From positions 384,001 to 448,000 of the forward strand of contig CAWHDT010000005.1 in assembly GCA_963828195.1 (NCBI GenBank): a DNA stretch of 64,000 nucleotides, read 5' to 3'. This document shows, one piece after another, positions 9,785-17,418 of the stretch (the stretch's first letter is position 1; each line of letters begins with the position of its first letter). The position numbers and the translations under genes were made by a program. The notes beneath the pieces were generated by a model that did no database searches, had not been told where the DNA came from, and saw only the letters and a list, made by a program, of their open reading frames with translations. This DNA comes from Candidatus Bathyarchaeota archaeon (lineage in GTDB: Archaea; Thermoproteota; Bathyarchaeia; Bathyarchaeales; Bathycorpusculaceae).

Positions 9785-11977
9785 ATGACTTCCAAAATTG
9801 CAGCAGATAAGCCCAGCACTTTTGCTTTGCTTAACGGCGACGAAGCAGTTGCACGAGGAGCAATCGAAGCCACTGTCAAAGTTGCAACATCTTATCCTGG
9901 GACGCCAGCCACTGAAATTTTGGAGACCCTTGCCGAGGTCTCAAAAGACTTAGGCATTTATGCCGAATGGAGTATAAACGAGATTGTAGCCACTGAAGTC
10001 GCGGCGGGCGCGTCGATGACTGGTGTCAGAGCTATCGTTTCAATGAAGCACGTCGGTTTGAACGTTGCTGCGGATGCAGCCATGACCTTGGCGTACACTG
10101 GAATCGAAGGTGGGCTGGTAATCGCGGTTTGTGATGATCCATCACTGCACAGCAGCCAAAACGAACAAGACACAAGATACTTTGCGGTTCATTCGAAGCT
10201 TCCGTTGCTGGACGCAGGCAATCCGCAGGAAGCTCTGGACATGTGCAGGGAGGCGTTCGAATTAAGTGAAAAACTGCATTTGCCAATCATCTTACGTTTA
10301 ACAACGAGGGTAGCCCATGGAAAAGCCAGAGTGAAACTTGGGCGGCTGCATAATCTAAATCGACGGGCAGATTTTGATAAGCAAGGTTCTAAATGGGTTA
10401 TGGTGCCGTCAAATGCAATTCGGCAACACAGAGTCTTAGAAGTAAAGATGATAGAAGCAAAAATTCTTGCAAATCAGTCAAAATTCAATCAGATTGAGGA
10501 CAACGCCAGTGACATTGGAATTATAGGAAGCGGCGTGGCTTACTATTATGCTCGTTCGGTACTTGACACCAAAAAGTTTTCTTGGCTAAAATTAGGTTTT
10601 GTTTATCCGTTTCCTCAAGAAATCGTTAGACGATTCGCGTTTAAAGTAAAGAAAATCATAGTGATTGAGGAGCTACGACCTTACCTTGAGGAAAATATTC
10701 AGCGGTTAGGTCTACGCGCACTTGGAAAGACTGAGTTAGGCTTGGAAGAAATTGGAGAGTTAACGCCTGACAAGGTACGCCAAGCCTTTGCAAGTCTAAA
10801 TTTAACTAATAAAGCTGAACCACCCGACCTTTTAGATTTGCCGCCTCGACCGCCCGCACTTTGCCCAGGCTGCCCTCATAGAGCATTTTATTACGCGTTA
10901 AACATGGTTAATCAACATCTTGATTGTGATAAAGACAAGTGCGTCGGCTGCGGTATCTGCGAATACGCTTGCTCTTTTGAAAAAGAGAAGGTTTTCAATC
11001 CAATCAAGTCGCGCATTCGTTCGGTTAGAATTAATCAAATACTCAACACTGCAGTAGCCTGCAAGACATGCGTTAATGCGGTTTGCATTGATGCTTGTCC
11101 CGAAAAAGCTCTTATCAGATCAGAGGAAACTGGAGCTGTTCTTGTTGATGAAAACAGATGCAAAGGTTGCCCTTGGTGCATACAAGCCTGCGAGTTTGGA
11201 GCCATAACGATTCATCCGACCACTCATAAAGCCATAATCTGTGACAAATGCAGTGGTGAACCGAAATGCATTCCCCTCTGTCCAGAGAGCGCTTTAAGCT
11301 TATCTGGAAGCTCCACCGACAAAATCGTGACAGGCGATATAGGCTGCTACACTTTGGGTGTCTTGCCCCCTGAAAGTTCCCTTCAAACATGCTTGTGTAT
11401 GGGTGGTGGCATATCTCAGGCTGCAGGCATGTTTCATGCTGGTGTTAAAGACAAAGTGTTCTCAGTTATCGGCGATTCAACGTTTTTCCACGCCGGAATG
11501 CCTGGGCTACTCAATATCGTGTACAATAGAGCTAACGTTTGCGTAATTATCATGGATAACTCTACAGTCGCAATGACTGGGCATCAGCCGACTCCTGGTT
11601 CAGGCAAAACAGCGATGGGTGCTGACACTAAGGTTTTGAGAATCAAGGATGTTGCCAAAGGACTTGGAATAGATAAAGTGGAAGTCATTGACCCATATGA
11701 CATTGAAACGACAACTCAGACCATCAGGAAAATTTTAGATTACAATGGTCCATCCGTAATAATTTCTCAGAGGGCATGTCCGCTTTTGGTTGAAAGAGGC
11801 AAAGCCCCAGAAGTTTTGGAGAAATGTGATGCCTGCGGCGTGTGCGTGAAAGCTTTCGGTTGCCCAGCGATTACCTTGTCAAGCAATCGGGCGGAAATAG
11901 ATGCGACTCTATGCTACGGATGCAACGTCTGCGAAGTTGTCTGTCCCTCGGGCGCCATTAGGAGGAAAGAGAAATGA
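9785..11977 (+). CDS. iorA: Indolepyruvate:ferredoxin oxidoreductase alpha subunit with an internal polyferredoxin insertion
   Basis: YPGTP, SMKHVGLNVAAD, SSQNEQD, RPPALCPGCPHR, GDIGCY, IGDSTFFH, AMTGHQP, C-terminal ferredoxin. Confidence 0.92.
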   Translation: MTSKIAADKPSTFALLNGDEAVARGAIEATVKVATSYPGTPATEILETLAEVSKDLGIYAEWSINEIVATEVAAGASMTGVRAIVSMKHVGLNVAADAAMTLAYTGIEGGLVIAVCDDPSLHSSQNEQDTRYFAVHSKLPLLDAGNPQEALDMCREAFELSEKLHLPIILRLTTRVAHGKARVKLGRLHNLNRRADFDKQGSKWVMVPSNAIRQHRVLEVKMIEAKILANQSKFNQIEDNASDIGIIGSGVAYYYARSVLDTKKFSWLKLGFVYPFPQEIVRRFAFKVKKIIVIEELRPYLEENIQRLGLRALGKTELGLEEIGELTPDKVRQAFASLNLTNKAEPPDLLDLPPRPPALCPGCPHRAFYYALNMVNQHLDCDKDKCVGCGICEYACSFEKEKVFNPIKSRIRSVRINQILNTAVACKTCVNAVCIDACPEKALIRSEETGAVLVDENRCKGCPWCIQACEFGAITIHPTTHKAIICDKCSGEPKCIPLCPESALSLSGSSTDKIVTGDIGCYTLGVLPPESSLQTCLCMGGGISQAAGMFHAGVKDKVFSVIGDSTFFHAGMPGLLNIVYNRANVCVIIMDNSTVAMTGHQPTPGSGKTAMGADTKVLRIKDVAKGLGIDKVEVIDPYDIETTTQTIRKILDYNGPSVIISQRACPLLVERGKAPEVLEKCDACGVCVKAFGCPAITLSSNRAEIDATLCYGCNVCEVVCPSGAIRRKEK

Positions 11978-12558
11978 AGTTAGACACGGTTTTCAGCGGC
12001 GTTGGGGGACAGGGAATCGTTGTTTTAAGCGACATTTACTGTGAGGCTGCCATGTTAGACGGTTTTGACGTGGCTAAGGCGGAGGTTCATGGAATGGCTC
12101 AGCGAGGAGGCTCGATTGTTGCTTATGCAAGAATCGGCGATAAAGTTGAATCTCCCCTGATTGAAACTGGGAAAGCGGATGTCCTTGTTGGTTTTGAGAT
12201 TCTTGAAACGGCGAGGGCTTTGCCAATGCTGAAGAAGAATGGCGACGTGGTTGTTAACTTGAAATACATTCAGCCAAGCTGCATGGGTTCGGTTAAGCCG
12301 AAAAAAACCGAAGAATTAATTGAATTGTTGAAGACAAAAGGTAAGGTTCATGGAGTTGACGGACCAAAATTGGCGGAAAAACTTGGAAACCCGCTGGTCG
12401 TCAACACTATTCTTCTAGGGGCATTATCTGCTCTTCCAGAAAATCCAGTTAAGAAGGAATCCCTTCAAAACGCCATAGCTGGCAGATTAAAGGAGAAATA
12501 CATTAACGTGAACCTTAAGGCTTTCCAGTTAGGTAGAGAAAGCGTTTTAATGAGTTAA
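11974..12558 (+). CDS. iorB: Indolepyruvate:ferredoxin oxidoreductase beta subunit
   Basis: GVGGQG, EVHGMAQRGGS; coupled to iorA. Confidence 0.92.
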   Translation: MKLDTVFSGVGGQGIVVLSDIYCEAAMLDGFDVAKAEVHGMAQRGGSIVAYARIGDKVESPLIETGKADVLVGFEILETARALPMLKKNGDVVVNLKYIQPSCMGSVKPKKTEELIELLKTKGKVHGVDGPKLAEKLGNPLVVNTILLGALSALPENPVKKESLQNAIAGRLKEKYINVNLKAFQLGRESVLMS

Positions 12559-12648
12559 TCGATTTCTTCAGCCAATTCTTCGTGGCCCAAACTTTTTAGC
12601 AACATATTTTTAAAGAAGACCATACAAAGTGTTTCAAGGTGGGTTATT

Positions 12649-12930
12649 TTGGTAAAACCTCAAAAATATTTAGCTATGATTAAGATAAGCCCAAATATGG
12701 CTGCTAAACTGTATGAGCCGTTGATGGAATTTAGCGAAAGCCCAGTCAAGGGAGTAACGCTTGAAGAATCCTTTCAAGTGTTTGGCGAATGGGATTTTGC
12801 TCTGCTTTTTCAGGCAGATACGAACGAGAATGCTTTGCATTTTGTCGGAGACAAGATTCGCCTTGTGGAAGGTGTTGTACAGACTCTCACGATTCCCATG
12901 ACGCCAATTAAGGAATATCGCAAACGCTAA
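12649..12930 (+). CDS. Stand-alone Lrp/AsnC ligand-binding (RAM/GYD-like) domain protein
   Basis: VFGEWDFALL and IRLVEGVVQTLT pattern; no HTH. Confidence 0.6.
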   Translation: MVKPQKYLAMIKISPNMAAKLYEPLMEFSESPVKGVTLEESFQVFGEWDFALLFQADTNENALHFVGDKIRLVEGVVQTLTIPMTPIKEYRKR

Positions 12931-13054
12931 AACTGCCATGCAGTCTAATAATATCAATCCTCCAATAAGCTTTCTTACTATATTTGCGATGAGATAATTT
13001 TATTAAGCCTACAAGAGGGAAGTTCACTATCATGAACCAAAGGAGCAAGAATCC

Positions 13055-13417
13055 ATGAAGGGAGTAGACTGTTTCGCAGAAACACTTGGAATAAAAGTTC
13101 TCGAAGCTAAAGATGGCTACGCGAAGGTTTCGATGAAAGTTGAGAAGAACCACACGAACGCATTGGGCTTTACTCATGGAGGCGCAGTCTTTTCGCTGGC
13201 TGATTACGCTTTTGCGCATGCATGCAATTTTGGAGACAACGTCGCCGTCGCAGCTCAAGTAAGCATAAACTTTCTGAAGCCCTCGGTTGAAGGAGACACA
13301 TTGACGGCTGAAGCAACAAGGGTCTCAGACGGCAAAACAATGGGTCTCTACCACGTGACCGTTAAGAAAGAGGATAAGATAGTTGCTTTCTTTTCGGGAT
13401 TAGCAGTCAAAAAATAA
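13055..13417 (+). CDS. PaaI-family hotdog thioesterase
   Basis: HTNALGFTHGGAVFSLADYAF; context next to paaK. Confidence 0.88.
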   Translation: MKGVDCFAETLGIKVLEAKDGYAKVSMKVEKNHTNALGFTHGGAVFSLADYAFAHACNFGDNVAVAAQVSINFLKPSVEGDTLTAEATRVSDGKTMGLYHVTVKKEDKIVAFFSGLAVKK

Positions 13418-13518
13418 CTTTTCCAATCCAATGTTAAAAGCGAGTTAGCGGAAAACGGCAAAAAAAGAAATGTCACCTAACAATATTTTTATGTTGGACT
13501 CAATCCTAGTTTCAAGGC

Positions 13519-13594
13519 GCTGGGGTGGCCGAATGGTTCAGGCGACAGCCTGCAGAGCTGTTATATATGGGTTCAATTCCCATCCCCAGCTCCA
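13519..13594 (+). tRNA. tRNA-Cys(GCA), intronless, CCA encoded
   Basis: Acceptor GCTGGGG/CCCCAGC, anticodon arm ACAGC-CTGCAGA-GCTGT, T-loop TTCAATT, U73 then CCA. Confidence 0.93.
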
Positions 13595-13697
13595 CGAACC
13601 GATACATAAATTTTCAAGTATGTCGAACATCATAGATTGAAGACCGCTTAATTTTACGATATAAACTTATTATATTGATAAAAGATTGATATTACTT

Positions 13698-14528
13698 ATG
13701 CTATACCCTAACTCATCGGAAAGGGTTAAAAAAATAAATGAAGTTGCCCAATTATTTGAAAGCAAGGGTTATCCAAAAACGGCGAATGGAGTTTTGAGTT
13801 TTGAAAATTTATTACAAGAGCCCACTTTCCCCGCAGATTTGGCACATAGGTTTAATCATCTTCTTGATACCTTTCATAATGAATTTAGTGGAAGCATAAA
13901 AGAAGGGCAAGTTTACCGCGAGCAAGTTTTTATTGAAATCAGAGAAATTATTACTCGCTCAGTAAATAAATTAACATACGTTAATTTCTCTGCTAAATCG
14001 TCTGAGTTAATGCCTATAGTAGTAAGTATTAAGAATGGACGAAACGTAATCGGTGATATAGCTAGCGAATTAGGGACTGTTAGAAAATCTAGTAAAAGAG
14101 CGGCATTTCATCTTTGTTGCTACGCGTATTTAGTTATGGTAGAGGGTGTTTTCGATGATATTGCGCGAGCAATAAATTTTTTTTCAAGAATAAATGAAGA
14201 CAAGGTTACCAACATATCCAGATTGATGAATAAACGAGTTGGCGATATTTTAAATGAATTTAGCACCGTACCAACTTTCCTCAAAGATTGGGAGGAGAAA
14301 AAACATAGGAGAAATGCTATTGCATATGCTACAGCATATTATAACTCAGATAAAGATGAGGTTCAGTTTGTTGATATGCTTTCGCCAAAACCTTATGACA
14401 AAACTATAAGTCTAAATGATTTCTTGTTAACTGAATTAGAATTTGAGGATGTTGTTGACTCTTTTTCGTATATAATGGTCCTGCTCGGGTTGATTGAGCT
14501 TTTTGTAATAAAAAACTTAGTTTTTTAA
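13698..14528 (+). CDS. Hypothetical protein, possibly a degenerate HEPN-like protein
   Basis: AT-rich ORF; helical; RNAIAY resembles the HEPN RNAIAH motif. Confidence 0.55.
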   Translation: MLYPNSSERVKKINEVAQLFESKGYPKTANGVLSFENLLQEPTFPADLAHRFNHLLDTFHNEFSGSIKEGQVYREQVFIEIREIITRSVNKLTYVNFSAKSSELMPIVVSIKNGRNVIGDIASELGTVRKSSKRAAFHLCCYAYLVMVEGVFDDIARAINFFSRINEDKVTNISRLMNKRVGDILNEFSTVPTFLKDWEEKKHRRNAIAYATAYYNSDKDEVQFVDMLSPKPYDKTISLNDFLLTELEFEDVVDSFSYIMVLLGLIELFVIKNLVF

Positions 14529-14617
14529 GTTTTCTTAAATACAATATTAAGCAGCACTTGAATATGCAACAGTGATGTTACCACTGAGATTATTAATCAA
14601 ACGGGGAAAGTGAGAAA

Positions 14618-14947
14618 ATGAAGAAGGAAGAAATGGTTGCCGCAAGATTACCTGAAACATTAGTATCCGACATCAAGAAAATAGAGGAAGTGGAGCAGAC
14701 AGACCGCTCGACAGTGCTTAGAAAACTTCTTGACAAGGCTGTAAGGGAATGGAAGAAAGAGTACGCAGCGAAACGTTATGCAGAGGGCTCAGTAACCCTG
14801 GAGAGAGCGGCAATGGATGCTGGAGTATCTGTTAGACAAATGATGGATTACTTAAAGAAAAATAAAACTGTCGCTCAATATGACAAAGAAGATTTAGAAG
14901 AAGATATGGCTAACTTTTACAAGAGAACGAGAAAAACAATCGACTAA
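14618..14947 (+). CDS. UPF0175-family / RHH-HTH antitoxin-like protein
   Basis: VAARLPE, DRSTVLRKLL, YAEGSVTLERAA...GVS. Confidence 0.75.
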   Translation: MKKEEMVAARLPETLVSDIKKIEEVEQTDRSTVLRKLLDKAVREWKKEYAAKRYAEGSVTLERAAMDAGVSVRQMMDYLKKNKTVAQYDKEDLEEDMANFYKRTRKTID

Positions 14948-14977
14948 ATTCCCAATTAGACTTTTATCAATAAAAGG

Positions 14978-15018
14978 GCCTGCAGAGCTGTTATATGGGT
15001 ACAATTCCCATCCCCGGC
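14978..15018 (+). repeat. attR-like degenerate copy of the tRNA-Cys 3' half
   Basis: GCCTGCAGAGCTGTTATATGGGTACAATTCCCATCCCCGGC versus the tRNA sequence GCCTGCAGAGCTGTTATATATGGGTTCAATTCCCATCCCCAGC. Confidence 0.88.
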
Positions 15019-15098
15019 GAAGCCTTTCTCATTAGATTTTCAGAATGTTAGTAATCTTCATATCATACGGGTTTGTTATACAATATTTGGTTATACTT

Positions 15099-15329
15099 AT
15101 GGGTATGGAAGAAACCGTATGTGCGAAGGTTCCGGCTGAGCTCAAGAAAAAACTATCCATCTTAAACGTTAACATAAGCGAAGTAATACGCGAATCTTTA
15201 CAATCGGAAGTAGACCGATTGGAAAAAGAGCTGCTAAACAAGCTCGCCAAAGAGGTATCAATTATCCTCAAGAAAATCCCCTCTGAAGAGTTCACTGAAT
15301 CTATTCGTGCTTCAAGGGACAGCAGATGA
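15099..15329 (+). CDS. VapB/CcdA-like RHH antitoxin
   Basis: TVCAKVPAELKKKL..LNVNISEVIRESL...IRASRDSR; overlaps the PIN gene. Confidence 0.8.
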   Translation: MGMEETVCAKVPAELKKKLSILNVNISEVIRESLQSEVDRLEKELLNKLAKEVSIILKKIPSEEFTESIRASRDSR

Positions 15330-15745
15330 GTAAATCGCAGTACCTCTTTGACTCCAACATCATATACAAGGTCATCAGAGAACAACCACAAAATGCCGTG
15401 GAAAAACTGGCTGAAGGCTCAACGATTTATTTAGCATACTACGAGCTAGGCAATGCGTTATGGAGAGAATCCCTTTTGCTTAAAAGGATAAGTGTTGAAG
15501 AGGCTGAAAAATCATTAGATCTGATGTACTCAATTCTTGAACGTATACAGGTAGCCTCGCTTGATAATGAAACAGGAAGTGAAGTATTGGATATGGCGTA
15601 CAAATTTAAGTTAACATTTTATGACGCAGCCTATCTTGTAGAAGCAAAGAAAACAGGCAAAACCTTTGTAACTGATGACATCAAGCTTGCCAAAGCAGCA
15701 GAAAACTTGGGCATAAAAATCTTATCAAGCAAAGCGCTTATGTAA
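15326..15745 (+). CDS. vapC: VapC-family PIN toxin
   Basis: YLFDSN, YYELGNALW, LTFYDAAY, FVTDD. Confidence 0.88.
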   Translation: MSKSQYLFDSNIIYKVIREQPQNAVEKLAEGSTIYLAYYELGNALWRESLLLKRISVEEAEKSLDLMYSILERIQVASLDNETGSEVLDMAYKFKLTFYDAAYLVEAKKTGKTFVTDDIKLAKAAENLGIKILSSKALM

Positions 15746-15800
15746 TGATTAGACAACCTGCATCACCTACACATAGGTGACAAAAACTTTGATGTAGTCG

Positions 15801-15998
15801 AAGAGAAAATACGCGGCGAAATGTTATGCTGATGGGTCAATAACTTTGGAGCGGGCTGCAAACGACGCTGAGGTATCTGTTAGAGAGATGATGGATTATT
15901 TCAAGCAGAAGAAAACGGTTTCTCAATATGATTGAGAAGATTTAGAGGAAGACATGAAGAACATTTACAAGCGAATTGGAAAAAAGAGCCCAGATTGA
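15801..15998 (+). pseudogene. Truncated paralog of the UPF0175 gene at 14618
   Basis: KRKYAAKCYADGSITLERAANDAEVSVREMMDYFKQKKTVSQYD*EDLEEDM aligns with the C-half of 14618..14947; internal TGA and no 5' half. Confidence 0.82.
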
Positions 15999-16088
15999 TG
16001 AACACTTGAGCCACATTGAATAGATATTCAGACTCGAGAAGCCAAATTGAAGCAGGCATATAAACTAGTTTCCTTTTAAAAAGTAGCC

Positions 16089-16769
16089 ATGCGACTTGGG
16101 GTTTTGTTTTCAGGCGGCAAAGACTCAACAATGGCGCTTCACTTAGCTAAGGAAAAAGAAGAAGTCAAGTGCCTCATTACGGTGCTTTCGAAAAATAAAG
16201 AGAGCTTCATGTTTCATACTCCAAATATTGACGTAACGGCGCTTCAAGCACAAGCTTTAGGTCTGCCCCAGATAACAAGGACAACGCAGGGCGAAAAAGA
16301 GGAGGAACTCGCGGACCTAAAAGAAGCAATCGCTGAGGCTACAACAAATTTCCATATAGATGGCGTGGTAACGGGTGCAGTTGAGTCAGTCTATCAGGCT
16401 GAAAGAGTCCAGCGTATCTGCAATGACCTTGACCTTTGGTGCTTTAACCCTCTGTGGAAACACGACCAGAAAGCCCTCTTAGAGGAGCTTCTTGAAAAAC
16501 GTTTTAACGTGATTATTTCAGGAGTTTTTGCTTATCCTCTTGACGAAAAATGGCTTGGAAAACAAATCGACACCAAAATCATAGATAGGCTGGTGGACCT
16601 TCAGCAAAAGTATGGCTTAAGCCCAGCTGGAGAAGGCGGCGAAATTGAGACAACAGTTTTAGATGCGCCGCTTTTCAAAAAGAAAATCGAAGTCCTTGAT
16701 TACAGTGTCGAGTTTAAAGGAAATTCTGGAGTATTCATAATTAAGCGGTCACGGCTGGTTTCCAAATGA
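16089..16769 (+). CDS. dph6: Diphthine-ammonia ligase (Dph6 family)
   Basis: LFSGGKDS PP-loop, SFMFH, GAVESVYQ, PLWK, GEGGEIET. Confidence 0.88.
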   Translation: MRLGVLFSGGKDSTMALHLAKEKEEVKCLITVLSKNKESFMFHTPNIDVTALQAQALGLPQITRTTQGEKEEELADLKEAIAEATTNFHIDGVVTGAVESVYQAERVQRICNDLDLWCFNPLWKHDQKALLEELLEKRFNVIISGVFAYPLDEKWLGKQIDTKIIDRLVDLQQKYGLSPAGEGGEIETTVLDAPLFKKKIEVLDYSVEFKGNSGVFIIKRSRLVSK

Positions 16770-17314
16770 TCCTTGTTGTAGACATGAATTGGAAAAAGGA
16801 TTCATTAGGCTTCTACGAGTTCGTATTACCCATAGTCGCAATTGCCAAAACACAGGACAAATGCCGTGTCAAACATTTCCTTGAAGTAACCACACAAGAT
16901 CTAAGCCAATGCGAAAGCATAATTCTTTCAGGCACCACGCTCAAAGACTCGGCAACGTTGAGTCAGCCCGACAAGTTCAGTTGGCTCAAAGAAACAGAAA
17001 AGCCGGTTTTAGGCATCTGCGCAGGTATGGAAACGATAGGCGTGGTTTTCAATATGCGTTTAATTCGATGTTTAGAGATAGGTATTACACAGATAAATTG
17101 TTCAAAAGAAAACCCGCTTTTTAACCGTGAATTCAAGGCTTACTCTCTTCACAGTTACTGCGTCGAGCCTTCAGAAGATTTTTATGTTTGGGCAAAATCC
17201 ACAAAATGTACCCAAATTATTAAACATAAAACCAAGAGAATTTACGGTGTGCTTTTTCATCCTGAAGTGAGAAACCCCGAATTAATTCAAGGTTTCCTTC
17301 GCCTCAAAAGTTAG
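16766..17314 (+). CDS. Class I glutamine amidotransferase
   Basis: IILSG, PVLGICAG (catalytic Cys), YGVLFHPE (His-Glu). Confidence 0.85.
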   Translation: MILVVDMNWKKDSLGFYEFVLPIVAIAKTQDKCRVKHFLEVTTQDLSQCESIILSGTTLKDSATLSQPDKFSWLKETEKPVLGICAGMETIGVVFNMRLIRCLEIGITQINCSKENPLFNREFKAYSLHSYCVEPSEDFYVWAKSTKCTQIIKHKTKRIYGVLFHPEVRNPELIQGFLRLKS

Positions 17315-17418
17315 CGCCTGACAAGGAAGCGCTGAAAAGAAGGTAACAGAAACTTAATTACTTAGCAAACCAAATTTAAAGTATACTAATTTTATTGTTT
17401 AAACGAAGTGATTTTAAC

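Larger units (their letters stand above)
13548..15018. mobile_element. Small tRNA-Cys-integrated islet (decayed, no integrase)
   Basis: Bounded by the tRNA-Cys 3' half (13548-13590) and its degenerate direct copy (14978-15018); AT-rich cargo. Confidence 0.7.
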
